From Trypanosoma brucei (lineage: Eukaryota), in the NCBI GenBank assembly GCA_000002445.1, contig CM000208.1, positions 1,312,001 to 1,376,000 on the forward strand: DNA of 64,000 bases, given 5' to 3'. Positions 1 through 10,663 of the stretch are shown here, in pieces; the first letter of the stretch is position 1; the number at the start of each line of letters is the position of its first letter. The position numbers and the translations under genes are program-made. Below the pieces are notes generated by a model. It saw only the letters and a list, made by a program, of their open reading frames with translations, was not told where the DNA came from and made no database searches.

Positions 1-900
1 GCGGTACACAAATGCCGAAGGAGCCAAATGTTTGGTGTGTGTGTTCATATATATTTTGTACGTACGTGTGATCGTGTTCTCTCTTCCTCCATTTTTTCTT
101 TTAACTTTTTTTCTTTTAGTTTTTTTTGTTTCCAATTTACGCGTATATGTGAGGGGCAAGCACATGTATATATGTACTTGGTAAAGTAAGTGGAGCGTGT
201 GAAATTGCTTGAATAACGAGAAATTTTGTGTGGCAAAAAAAAAAATAAACAAAATAAAACGAAGTAACAATGGGAAAGTGACAAACTGTACTAACAAGTA
301 CCTCCAGATTTGTAGTGCGATCCCATTATTGTTCCATTTCTTTCCCCCTTTTTGCTTTTAAATTATTTTTATGTAATGTATATATGCCTGTGTGCTTGTA
401 CTTTTGTTTGCTTTACTGTTACAGTACTGTGTGAGCAGCTGAAGATTGTGTGAATGAGAGTGTGCATATTTGTGGTGAAGAGGGAAGCAAAGAGACTGTT
501 ATATTTGTACAAAGTGGGCTGGTCTCCTGCTCTTCCACCTTTTTCTTTTTCTTCATCCGCTCTCTTTTTTTTTTCTTCTCTACTTGAGTTACTGCTCCAC
601 CTCTTTTTTTTTTTGAAAAAATTATTCGGGGAAATAATTCACCTTAAGAAATGCTGAAGAGCAACGAACGATAGCAATGAGGATGAGTCCTTTTATATCT
701 ACTTTTCTTTCTTTTTTTTTCACTTTATATATTCAAAGAGAAGTGTTCACGTGAACTGAACGCTATACTTTTTATGATTGTTTGTTGTCATTCATCCAGT
801 AGTGAGTGACTTCAAACAACTCGTTTGAATGCCACTTGCCCAAAGACTTTCTACTCTATTTTCAATGCATCAGCGGGGTCACCAGTCAATTCCTGCTTCA

Positions 901-980
901 TTAGCTTCCGTTAATTTCTCCACCATTTCTTTCTTTTCTCTTTTCTCTTTTCTTTTTTTTTCTTTTTCCCCCTTCTCTAC
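901..980 (+). promoter_or_regulatory. Polypyrimidine (CT-rich) tract upstream of the first long ORF; candidate trans-splice acceptor/polyadenylation-coupling region
   Basis: Run of c/t-only sequence (ttctttcttttctcttttctcttttcttttttttt...) about 110-190 nt upstream of the ATG at 1088. This is the typical kinetoplastid arrangement. Confidence 0.5.
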
Positions 981-1087
981 CGACAATATTTTTAGTTAGA
1001 GAAGTATCGGGTTTCACCTTTACCTCCATTCCACACGCCTGGGTGTTTAAAGAGATATAAAAAGAAGAAGAGGGAGTGTAAATAATT

Positions 1088-4000
1088 ATGACTGGAGGCA
1101 ATAGCGGGATCTCTGCTACTGGCGCGGGAAGTGTTGTATTGCTTCCACGCGGAGTGTACGCTACGGTGTTTGAACCAATAAATAGTGCGGAAGAGCAACA
1201 GAAAGTGGCGCTTGAGGACTCCGTTAGACGGCCACTTGACGACCATCAAAAAGCGAACATTTCGTCGATGGCAGGGGCGGCTGGACGTTTTGAAGCGCAG
1301 CGGCGACTGCGTAAGGCAATGGCTGCAAAGGAGGCAACTATGATTCAACTTAAGCAACTTATTAGAGAATATTCGAGTCCAGGTGAGGGACCTAATCGCA
1401 GTAAGGAGCAGCTAAAAATGGTAAATGATAAGGTAACGGGATGTTCTCTAGGTGAAATAAATGGTATACCATCACCAGCGGTAGCACTGGGACATATTGA
1501 AAAAGATATTTCTGTGCATCCAGCCGCTGATTTGGCGTGCGATGCGGAGGTTTTGCGCCTCAAACTTGAGAACGAAAAATTATCTGTGAAGGAAACAGCC
1601 CTTAAAAGGGAACGTGAGCAGCTGGAAAGGCTCGTTGTTGACCTTCGAAAAGAGTTGGAAGCTTCTGGAGATGCCCTCCGTGATCAAACCGAGCTTCTAC
1701 AAACCATACGCATCAGCGAGGGCCGCCACGGGTCACATGTCTTCTTCAAACACAAACCTGAAAAACTGTCGGAGCCCATAACCACTGCGGCCCCATCTGA
1801 AGAGAGGAAAAAGGGAGGTGAGAAGGATGATGAAAATGAGAAGGGGAATAAGGAAGAAGATAAGAAAGAGGAAAAGAAAAAAGATACCATATGTGAAGGG
1901 GATAAGGTGTCTGACATGCTGAAAAGAATAGAGGCTTTGGAGGGACTTCTCGCCCTCGAGGAAAAAAGGCGGGAAGCGGTGGAAAAGCGGTGTGAGGAAC
2001 TTCTGGCGATGTCTTCCGAGAGGAAAGCAGGAGATGAGCCGACTCCTCTTGCAGCAAGGACGGCAGATTGGGGTACCGTTGCGGGTCGCCGCGAGGAGGA
2101 GGGCGGTAAAACTTTAAAGACTGATCCAGCTTGTAAAGAAAATCTTTTTGAACCGGCACCTGCGGTAGAGGACAGCCCGGGGAAAAGCGCGAAGGACGGC
2201 AGGGACACAAATCTCAATCGTGTCATTCGCGTGTTGGTGGAAAAGCACCGTGCTGCACGGGTTGTGTGGACGAGGCGTGAGAAGGAGTTCAAGCGGTACA
2301 CGCAAGTACTTGAGTCCGTCATGACACGAATGGAGCGTGGTCTCCCTGCCGAGGAACCAGGCAAAGCAGCTTTATTTAATCTCACCGTATCCCTTGTTGC
2401 ATGTGAGAACCTACTTAACCGGCGTAACAATGGTGCTCTTTTTATTGATCCCTTTGTTGTGCTCTATTCACCAATTGGCGAAAAGGCACTTGAGACTCTG
2501 CCCCGTGAGGACACCAATTGCCCTCAGTTCACAAATGCTGGGGACACTGTTACCTTCAAAGTGGTGAGGGGTTTACCGTGGAGTCTCACATTTGAGGTCT
2601 ATTCAAGAGGTGTAAACAATACTGGTCTCTTTTTGGGACAGGCAAAAGTACCTGTTGAGTCTTTCTTGGAGGACGTTGCAGTAGACAAACGTTTCCAACG
2701 AAAGGTAAGGCTTTGTCCACGCGACCGTGAACCGGATAGTGAAGTTATTCAAAACGCTCATCGCCTAGGTTCCATTATTTTCACTGCATGTATTTCGGTG
2801 GTGGGGAGGGATCGAAGAAGTTCTTCTATTCCTGCGGTTTCTCCACGCAACTCTGCCATCACCTCCAGTGGTTGCCGGCGGTCGGTGCTCGACGTGAAGC
2901 GGTCAATGGAAGCTGAACATTATGATACCGTCAACGTCGACGTGAGTTGTAGTGCAGGGGAAGAGGCGAGGTGTTGCTCTCCTGCCGACGCTGTAATTCT
3001 ACGCGTGCTGAGTGCTAAAGGTGTTATAAAGCGTCCTTCGGGCGTGTATTCAAATCCTTACGTTGTAGCGTTCGACAGTGGCACCGGTGAGGAGTTGTTG
3101 CACACGCCACCCGTTATGGCATCATCCAACCCTCAGTGGGAGCATTCGGCGCAGGGTAGATGTATAATCCGTCCCGATCACGCGAGAGGGTCTGTCACCT
3201 TCCGCGTATATGACCACGACCAAGAGGGGAAGGACCGGTTCCTGGGCGAAGCTCATCTTCCAAAACGTCTGATATTTTCCGGGAAGGAGTTGCATGAACT
3301 GAAACTAGAGCCACGAAGGGATGAATCGTTAGAGTACATTCGCCGCAAACAGCACAAACTTGGAAAGTTGGTGGTTCAGTGCGTCCGTAAGAATGCTAGG
3401 AGTGAGGGTGAAAGAAGCCGAACCCAGTCCGGGGGAAGTGTGTGCAGGTCAGCACCTTATCCTGGAGCGGTATGTGGATTCACCGAGTCATCAAAGATTC
3501 TCCACGAGGATTCTGTTACAAATTGCAAAACAATTTTATTGGACGCTTTGCCTATTCGGGTTACAGTCGAGGCATGCAACGGACTCTGCATTGATCGGTC
3601 GGGTGGATATGTAGTGGTGTGTATTGTTTCACCTAATCTGGTGGAGTACATGACCTCCGCAGTATGTGGGACAGCCGACCCCTCGTGGACCGGCACGGAC
3701 AACTCCGCAACGTTTTCTGTGCACCCTCTAAGCAGTGGCGCCATCCAATTTCATGTAATGGCTCAAGATAGAAAATGCGGCTACGGTGGAAGAATCGTCG
3801 GCTGTGCACAAATATCCACTCTGGACCTCTTCCGTCGAGGGTTTGGCAGGAAGAAACTACAGCTTGGAGGCCCTCCAGATCGCGCGGATATCTTACGAAG
3901 GCAAAGGCAGTCGGGTCAGGGGACGATCACTGTGTTTTTTTCGCTTCTTTCCTCTCCCCCAGTGCGTGGTGAAGATGAAGTCACTTGCTCTCAGGAAAAA

Positions 4001-4495
4001 CGAGCGGCGGCGGTGTCTCCTGCTGCCGTGACTAACGGCCAGAGTGAGCCGTCCTTGACAAGAAGACAAGATCGCAACACACCCGCTTCTACAGGAGTTG
4101 CAATGTCAATATACATCAAGGAAGCTCATGATCTTTTGGACTACGACAAGTCCATGTTTAATGTGCTTGGAGTAACGGATCCACGAGTAACAGTATGGGT
4201 AGGGCCCAATCACGCATTCACAACACCTGAAAAACGTGATACTGTGAACCCTAAGTGGAGTTTAGAAGAAGCTGAGTTCCAGGTTTCTGTTGAGCGAGGG
4301 CATGTTATACGATTTGAGGTTCAGGATGTAGACACAACTGGTTTTGATAGCTTGGGATCTGCTGTAGTAGATGCCTCTGAGGTGATAGAGTCGCCGGGTG
4401 CGCGTACACTTCCAGTGATGCTACGGGAAAAGCAGTACGGAACATTGACGGTTGTTTTTACCCTCGTCGATAAGAAGGATTCGACCAAAGAGTGA
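1088..4495 (+). CDS. Coiled-coil protein with four C2 domains (1135 aa)
   Basis: ATG confirmed at 1088. The N-terminal third is K/E-rich coiled coil (EKKEEKKKD, LEGLLALEEKRREAVEKRCEELL). It is followed by four segments with a C2-domain beta-sandwich signature, for example VTDPRVTVWVGPNHAFTTPEKRDTVNPKWSLEEAEFQV and VTFRVYDHDQEGKDRFLGEAHL. Confidence 0.7.
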   Translation: MTGGNSGISATGAGSVVLLPRGVYATVFEPINSAEEQQKVALEDSVRRPLDDHQKANISSMAGAAGRFEAQRRLRKAMAAKEATMIQLKQLIREYSSPGEGPNRSKEQLKMVNDKVTGCSLGEINGIPSPAVALGHIEKDISVHPAADLACDAEVLRLKLENEKLSVKETALKREREQLERLVVDLRKELEASGDALRDQTELLQTIRISEGRHGSHVFFKHKPEKLSEPITTAAPSEERKKGGEKDDENEKGNKEEDKKEEKKKDTICEGDKVSDMLKRIEALEGLLALEEKRREAVEKRCEELLAMSSERKAGDEPTPLAARTADWGTVAGRREEEGGKTLKTDPACKENLFEPAPAVEDSPGKSAKDGRDTNLNRVIRVLVEKHRAARVVWTRREKEFKRYTQVLESVMTRMERGLPAEEPGKAALFNLTVSLVACENLLNRRNNGALFIDPFVVLYSPIGEKALETLPREDTNCPQFTNAGDTVTFKVVRGLPWSLTFEVYSRGVNNTGLFLGQAKVPVESFLEDVAVDKRFQRKVRLCPRDREPDSEVIQNAHRLGSIIFTACISVVGRDRRSSSIPAVSPRNSAITSSGCRRSVLDVKRSMEAEHYDTVNVDVSCSAGEEARCCSPADAVILRVLSAKGVIKRPSGVYSNPYVVAFDSGTGEELLHTPPVMASSNPQWEHSAQGRCIIRPDHARGSVTFRVYDHDQEGKDRFLGEAHLPKRLIFSGKELHELKLEPRRDESLEYIRRKQHKLGKLVVQCVRKNARSEGERSRTQSGGSVCRSAPYPGAVCGFTESSKILHEDSVTNCKTILLDALPIRVTVEACNGLCIDRSGGYVVVCIVSPNLVEYMTSAVCGTADPSWTGTDNSATFSVHPLSSGAIQFHVMAQDRKCGYGGRIVGCAQISTLDLFRRGFGRKKLQLGGPPDRADILRRQRQSGQGTITVFFSLLSSPPVRGEDEVTCSQEKRAAAVSPAAVTNGQSEPSLTRRQDRNTPASTGVAMSIYIKEAHDLLDYDKSMFNVLGVTDPRVTVWVGPNHAFTTPEKRDTVNPKWSLEEAEFQVSVERGHVIRFEVQDVDTTGFDSLGSAVVDASEVIESPGARTLPVMLREKQYGTLTVVFTLVDKKDSTKE

Positions 4496-5391
4496 CGGTA
4501 ACAAACACGCACAAACACACAGGGAAGGAGTGATGATGATAGCAGTGTATCATAAGTATCCTGACATTTCTTTTTCATTTTTTCCCCTTCCTCACTGTGT
4601 TTTGAGTGGAGTCTCACCACTTTTACTATTTTTCTTCCGTATATTATTATATATATATATGTTACCTGTGTGTCCTCTTCCCCCTTTGATCACCGCTCAA
4701 TAAGCACTGAGTTGCTTTCCACTCGTGTAATGTGCGATAGCGGGGAGAAGGGTTTTTTTCTTTTGGCGTGACCGAAGGGGGTAGTCACTAAAGGTGCCCA
4801 AATAAATATATATATTTTTATGAATTGCGAACGTAAATTTATAGAATTTGACCATAGATTTTTGTTGTGCTTGGCTGCTTGTGGGCCTAGTTTGTGGTTA
4901 AAAGCCATCATAGATAGAAGCACAAAGATCCTCAAACTATTGTTTGATGGTGAGCCGCTGATTTATTTATTTTTTTTTGCTTGAGGGTACAAGTTACGAG
5001 TAAACAAGCACACCTCCTTTTCTGTTTTGGTTCCCTCGCGGAGGTTTTGGTGCTTTAGTGAGCCACCGCATCAACATCTTAATGCACCGAGGAACCGCTT
5101 GTGCATGACTATCATTGTTATTACTCGCAACACATCTGTTCATTTTGTATCCGCTACCTTTTTTGTACTCGTATGCAGCGAGGACCTTATATGCCGTGCT
5201 ACATTAAGTTTATTGTGTTGTGATCCACGTAGAGACCTTGCCCTTTTTTTTTTTTAACGTTAATGCATAAGTGCATATATACAAATAAATATTTGTGCAT
5301 TCGTGCTCAATCATGCCGATTGCTAATGCAGCAATAATACAACTTGCTTCACTGTGTTTGTTGAACTCACGTATGCAAACGCACATAAACA

Positions 5392-5394
<3 letters not shown>

Positions 5395-5424
<30 letters not shown>
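5395..5424. repeat. (AT)15 perfect dinucleotide microsatellite, continuing imperfectly to about 5450
   Basis: atatatatatatatatatatatatatatat, followed by gtatatatgtatatctatattt. Confidence 0.9.
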
Positions 5425-5436
<12 letters not shown>

Positions 5437-5678
5437 ATCTATATTTCTTCACTTATATTTATGTATGTACATCGGCTACAAAGAGAAATAGGAAAGTCGC
5501 GGCTCGTAGCGGTTGACCCTCTCTTTAGTACCGAAAGAAGGGGAAACAGGATCTTAACGTTACAAGTGACACTGAAACAACCACAACGCTTGCAAAATAG
5601 GTATTTCTGCGCATTTGCAGGTATTCTTTTGTGTGAAAGGGAATTTTCTTCTCTGCCTCACTGTGTGTTGAGTCAACC

Positions 5679-6815
5679 ATGACCGGGTTGAAGATTGACA
5701 TCGATATGTTGCCGAACGATAGCGACGAAAACCTGCGTATGCTTCACGAGGGCATTCGTCTGGGTGAACTAACCGTGTCCGCGGAGGGTCTCACAACGTC
5801 TATGGGACAAAAATACGTCCTTTCACCAGAGGATGTACTTGTCAACAATACGAGTTTTTTAGGCCGTGGAAGCAGTGGTTCTGTCCGTCGGGCCACACAC
5901 CGAAAAACTGGAAAAGAAATTGCACTCAAGGAAATAAAGTTCACAGGTCAAACCCGCATGATGGAGATTCGACGTGAACTTGAAACCCTTCACCGTGGCG
6001 GCGGGCCGTCCCCATATTTGGTTGATTTCTACGGCGCATTTTGTCATGAGGGCTCCGTTTTCATTGCCATGGAGTGTATGGATGGTAGTTTAGACGGTGT
6101 GGCAGGGTCTGTTCCTCCAAAAGTTTTAGAGTGTATCACACGGAGTATTCTTCGCGGTTTGTCTTATCTTCACAAGGATAGGCATCTCATTCACCGCGAT
6201 ATAAAACCCAGTAACATCTTGTACAGCCGGGATGGGAGCATCAAAATATCAGACTTTGGAGCAAGTTCGTGTCTGGAGTGCACCCGCGGAAATGCATTTA
6301 GCTTCGTTGGAACACTTACCTATATGAGTCCTGAGCGTTTGAAAGGGGAACCGTATTCTTTCCCGGCGGATATATGGTCACTTGGTCTTGCTGTTGCTGA
6401 ACTCGCCCTTGGCAAGTGCCCATTCATTGATAGGCTTTCACGGGCTAATGGTTCTACAGAGGGTTGCTTTTGGGTTCTACTGCAGCATTTAAATGGTGAT
6501 GGTCCTGTGATTTCTCTTCCATCATCCATGAATGCTTCAATGACGGATTTCATCACGACGTGCATTCAAAGGGAACCGTCCAAGCGCCCGACGTGTGATG
6601 AACTCCGGCGGCACCCTTTTGTTGCCGAAGGGGACGAGGAGAATGACAAGAATGTCATCAAACAATGGCTCTCCACCATGCAACCGAAGTCTTCGTCACA
6701 CGACATAGCTGATGTGGATGGTGTATGCCGAATGCAGCAGGTGCCGTGTAGCATGGGTGGTGCGGATGAATCATCATTCGATCTCGACGAGGAACTAAAT
6801 AAGTTGGTGCAGTGA
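5679..6815 (+). CDS. Protein kinase, STE7/MAP kinase kinase family (378 aa)
   Basis: ATG confirmed at 5679. Gly-loop GRGSSGSV, VAIK-type lysine in IALKEIKF, catalytic HRDIKPSNIL, DFGAS, and activation segment GNAFSFVGTLTYMSPER with the S/T spacing typical of MAPKKs. Possibly MKK5 by recollection of kinetoplastid gene order; unverified. Confidence 0.85.
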   Translation: MTGLKIDIDMLPNDSDENLRMLHEGIRLGELTVSAEGLTTSMGQKYVLSPEDVLVNNTSFLGRGSSGSVRRATHRKTGKEIALKEIKFTGQTRMMEIRRELETLHRGGGPSPYLVDFYGAFCHEGSVFIAMECMDGSLDGVAGSVPPKVLECITRSILRGLSYLHKDRHLIHRDIKPSNILYSRDGSIKISDFGASSCLECTRGNAFSFVGTLTYMSPERLKGEPYSFPADIWSLGLAVAELALGKCPFIDRLSRANGSTEGCFWVLLQHLNGDGPVISLPSSMNASMTDFITTCIQREPSKRPTCDELRRHPFVAEGDEENDKNVIKQWLSTMQPKSSSHDIADVDGVCRMQQVPCSMGGADESSFDLDEELNKLVQ

Positions 6816-7572
6816 AAGTGTTGGAGTGCCGAAACATGGTGTAGAACGACATGTGTATTTATTTTAGGTGTCACCGTTGTTATCGACGGGCAAGGACTGT
6901 GAGAGGACATTACATGTTGGTGGCGGAGTGTGGGGTGCGTGGGTAATGAAATACTATGAACGAAGGGTTGTTTTACACATTAATATTTTACGTACTATGT
7001 GGTTTCAAGTGCAAATGTATTGGCGGCTGTTGTTCGGCACAGGGTGAACCAACACTCAGTTTCCGTTTCTCTTACTTTATACCGCTGTTTCTTTCCTTTC
7101 ATTAAACTTCTTCTTTTTACTTTTTTTTTTTCTTCTTCAGTCATGTATTTCGTGTGTTGTGGCGTCGAGGACGCGATATGGTGCTAGAAGTCATTGTCTT
7201 TTTTTCCCTATTTTGCTTTAAAATATCGCATTAACAATATTTCGTGTGTGTTCGTGGGAGGGGGGCGGCGGTGGGGAAGGCGCGATAGCGCCTAACAAAC
7301 AAAAAGGATGGAATATAAGTTGGGTCTTTCCACCCAGCTGCTTTTTTTTTTTTTGCAGTCCCCTCACATGGGGTAGGTCGAATGCTGCAGGAAATTTAAA
7401 AAAAAAACGGTAATTTTTGGTTATCTTCAATGTTTTTTAAAAATGTTGGAATCATCTTTTTATTTTTATTTTAAAGAAACTCTCCTTTCCCTCTCTTTTC
7501 CATCATGCTACTCGGTGGTTTCACACATGTAAATAAAAAGGGGGAGGATCACTCAGTTATCTTCCGAAGCAA

Positions 7573-10215
7573 ATGGACAGGGAAGCCATGCGTCGGGCTC
7601 AGCAGACATCTCGTGATGCTTATTTACGCAAGCGTGCTGCTATGCGAGAGAAGGCAGCATCTGTTGTCCTGCAGGAGAAGATCACTGAGATAGAGGCCGG
7701 AGTGTTGCCCAGTTCCTTTACTGAAATTGAGTTGTTAAGCAAGCGTGCTCAAGAGGTGAAGGCTGCTGAGCGGCTGCAGGTTGCAGCAAACATGCGACAG
7801 GAAATAATCACGCTGGATGGGGGACCGGCTCTTGGAGAAAAGCGCCATCGGGATGTGGTGGTTCCACCGCTGATCCAGGAGGAAATGATTGTCCAGGAGG
7901 ATACGCAGAGACACGCGGAGGCGTCTCACGGTTTTGTGGCGATGGACAAAGCCATCATTGATGATCGCATCGAGAAGCATGATTACACGGAAGAAGTGAC
8001 AGAAGAGGAGATAAAGCGTGAGCGCACAGCGGCGCTACAAAATCAGAACCGCCGGTTGCAGGAGCAGCGCCGCTCTCTTCCCATTTATCAGTCGCGTGGT
8101 GCACTTCTTGAATTGATTCGGAACAATCCCGTGGTGATCATTGTGGGAGAAACTGGTTCAGGTAAGACAACGCAGCTGCTTCAGTACCTCTACGAGGAGA
8201 ATTTACACGAACCTGCCCCACCCACGTCTGCGAACGCGGAAGGTGTGACATCTGAACCCGTAGGGGAAGTGACACAAGGGAAGCGACTTATATGCACGCA
8301 GCCGAGGAGGCTCGCTGCCATTAGTGTTGCCGAGCGTGTAGCACAAGAAATGAATACGCGATGTGGTAGCATCGTAGGATACAAGGTGCGTTTTGATGAC
8401 CGTACTGGGCCGCTGACACGTGTTCTTTTCGTGACGGATGGTATGATGCTGAAGGAAGTTGTCGGAGACCCAAGCCTTAACACAGTCGCCGCCATCATGG
8501 TGGATGAAGCCCATGAAAGGTCCCTCAATACTGACATACTCCTTGGACTGCTAAAGGATATCATACGGGGTAACAAACAGTTGAGGGTAATTGTGGCGAG
8601 TGCGACAATAAATGCGGATAAATTTAGCGACTTCTTTAATAGAGCACCCATATTTACAGTAAAAGGCCGCTCCTTTCCCGTTGATACTTCGTACATCACT
8701 GAACCAGTTGCTGACTATGTGAAGGCCAGTGTGGATTGTATACTCATGCTCCACGCTACGAAGCCGCTGCCAGGGGACATCCTTGTCTTTCTTCCAGGAC
8801 AGGAAGAAATCGAAAGTTGTGCTGCCGCCGTTCGCGAGGCTCTTGTTGAGACCGCCGGTCAACTCCGTCCTTTGTTGGTTCTTCCCGTCTATTCCTCCCT
8901 TCCCCCTCGTGAGCAGAAGCGGATATATGAGGTGCCTCCGCCAAACACCAGGAAGGTTGTTATCGCCACAAATATTGCGGAAACGTCCATCACTATTGAT
9001 GGCATAGTGTATGTTGTGGACTGTGGACTGTGTAAGCAGAATTACTATAACCACCGGGCAATGATAGAGGAACTTCGGGTGCTTCCCATTTCACAGGCAA
9101 GTGCTACACAGCGGGCGGGCCGTGCTGGGCGTACACGGGAAGGTGATTGTTATCGTCTTTACACAACCTACACGTTTCATAATGAGTTCCCCTCGGAAAC
9201 CGTTCCCGAGATTTTGCGGTCTTCGATGAGCTCTGTCGTTCTGCAACTCAAGGCTCTTGGCATCAACAATTTACTTCAGTTTGAGTTTATTGATGCACCG
9301 TCGACGGCCTCACTAGAGCGAGCCTTGGATCACCTATACCTGCTTGGTGCCATGAAGCAAGATGGCCGACTGACACTTACCGGGAGGCGCATGGCAGAGT
9401 TCCCTTTGGACCCGTCGCTAAGCAAAAGTGTTATTCGTGCCTCTGCAATGGGGTGCTTGCGACACATGGCAATTGCTGTGGCGATGCTTTCTTTGGACTC
9501 CATTTTCATAAATACAAGAGATCCAAAGGAGCGTATAGCCATGACGAGCGCAAGGGATAAGATGTTTTCCTCCGGCAATGGCGATGTTGTTGGCTATGTT
9601 CGGCTAATGGAGGAGTGGCTGCGGTCAGGGTCCTTGAAGCAGGAATTCTGCGATACAAATTATGTGAATTCTAAGTCTCTCTTGCGCGCGCGGGACATTC
9701 TTGACCAAATACTCAAAACGTGTGAGCGACTTGGTTTTGATCTTCCAAATGGACAGGAAGCTGATGCTCTCTCTGTAGAGGCTTTGACAAAAGCTCTGCT
9801 TTCAGGGTTCTTTATGAACGTTTCCGTACTAGGTCTGGATAAACGAACGTACTCCATTGTGCGCCCGATTGACCCCACCGTAAGTCGTTTGGGTGCTGCA
9901 TCTCAAGTTGGCAGTGGTAATCGCTTCGGTGATGCAGAATCTGCGGTGGAGTTACATCCCTCAAGTTATCTTTTCCGAACTGGCACGAGCACACATGGTG
10001 AGAGAAGTAAAGGTTTACCTCCTACTCCTTCCATGGTTGCGATGGAAGAAAGACCACGCCTCGTAGTTTTTACACAGCTTCGCTGCACGAAAAAGCGGTA
10101 CATGATGCACGTTACGGCCGTCCCATCCGCCGACTGGGTGTTGGCCGTCGCCCCTGTAAATTACTTTACAAAGGAAGAGTTGGAGGTCGAAACGCACAAG
10201 CGGAAACACGTTTGA
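7573..10215 (+). CDS. DEAH-box ATP-dependent RNA helicase (Prp2/16/22/43-like core plus HA2/OB C-terminal region), 880 aa
   Basis: Motif I GETGSGKTTQ, Ia TQPRRLAAISVAERV, II DEAHERS, III SAT, V TNIAETSITIDG, VI QRAGRAGR. The C-terminal HA2-like region follows. Confidence 0.9.
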   Translation: MDREAMRRAQQTSRDAYLRKRAAMREKAASVVLQEKITEIEAGVLPSSFTEIELLSKRAQEVKAAERLQVAANMRQEIITLDGGPALGEKRHRDVVVPPLIQEEMIVQEDTQRHAEASHGFVAMDKAIIDDRIEKHDYTEEVTEEEIKRERTAALQNQNRRLQEQRRSLPIYQSRGALLELIRNNPVVIIVGETGSGKTTQLLQYLYEENLHEPAPPTSANAEGVTSEPVGEVTQGKRLICTQPRRLAAISVAERVAQEMNTRCGSIVGYKVRFDDRTGPLTRVLFVTDGMMLKEVVGDPSLNTVAAIMVDEAHERSLNTDILLGLLKDIIRGNKQLRVIVASATINADKFSDFFNRAPIFTVKGRSFPVDTSYITEPVADYVKASVDCILMLHATKPLPGDILVFLPGQEEIESCAAAVREALVETAGQLRPLLVLPVYSSLPPREQKRIYEVPPPNTRKVVIATNIAETSITIDGIVYVVDCGLCKQNYYNHRAMIEELRVLPISQASATQRAGRAGRTREGDCYRLYTTYTFHNEFPSETVPEILRSSMSSVVLQLKALGINNLLQFEFIDAPSTASLERALDHLYLLGAMKQDGRLTLTGRRMAEFPLDPSLSKSVIRASAMGCLRHMAIAVAMLSLDSIFINTRDPKERIAMTSARDKMFSSGNGDVVGYVRLMEEWLRSGSLKQEFCDTNYVNSKSLLRARDILDQILKTCERLGFDLPNGQEADALSVEALTKALLSGFFMNVSVLGLDKRTYSIVRPIDPTVSRLGAASQVGSGNRFGDAESAVELHPSSYLFRTGTSTHGERSKGLPPTPSMVAMEERPRLVVFTQLRCTKKRYMMHVTAVPSADWVLAVAPVNYFTKEELEVETHKRKHV

Positions 10216-10663
10216 AAAATCGTTGACTGGCTTTCCCAACCCCGCCGCAGTGGATGGGATGGTGTCTGGTAAGGGCACGTATTTGGCATCGGATTCGTTG
10301 TTCTTTTGTGTGATATTTTGTTCCCTTGAAACCGTTGCGGCTGTCGTACGCTTTCTCGGTTAGGCAACGGTGATGCGACTATCCATAAAGCGCGTTAATG
10401 ACAATTCTCCTCTTTCGCCTGTGTTGTGACAACACTGGTACTTCGTTCATTTCACTCTTTTGTTTTCCCTTACTCCCTTTCGGAATTGCTTTGTAGGGGT
10501 TGAACATAGTGAACAGTTTAGAACCCTGTCGTCGGACGGGTATTGGACGGTGAAAGTTTATGGTGAACTGGTGTTCCACCTCCGTCTCATCACGGGGCTG
10601 AATGGTAGGTTCTGTTATTACCATTATTTATAGCACTTTTCGGGGACACCACCGGGGCTCATC

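Noticed and set aside
241-275. A-rich run (aaaaaaaaaaataaacaaaataaaacgaag) considered as a retroposon poly(A) tail (ingi/RIME-like)
   Set aside because: Too short. It has no flanking target-site duplication, and no reverse-transcriptase or endonuclease ORF or RIME-like sequence adjacent. It is an ordinary A/T-rich spacer.
8190-9054. Minus-strand ORFs of 167-169 aa inside the helicase gene, plus many other minus-strand ORFs (for example 1684..2430, 27746..28465, 38281..38985, 45415..45873, 59499..60065)
   Set aside because: All are antisense to strongly supported plus-strand genes and have low-complexity or Ser/Arg-rich translations with no homology. The whole window is one plus-strand polycistron. 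They look like frame artefacts of GC-rich coding sequence.
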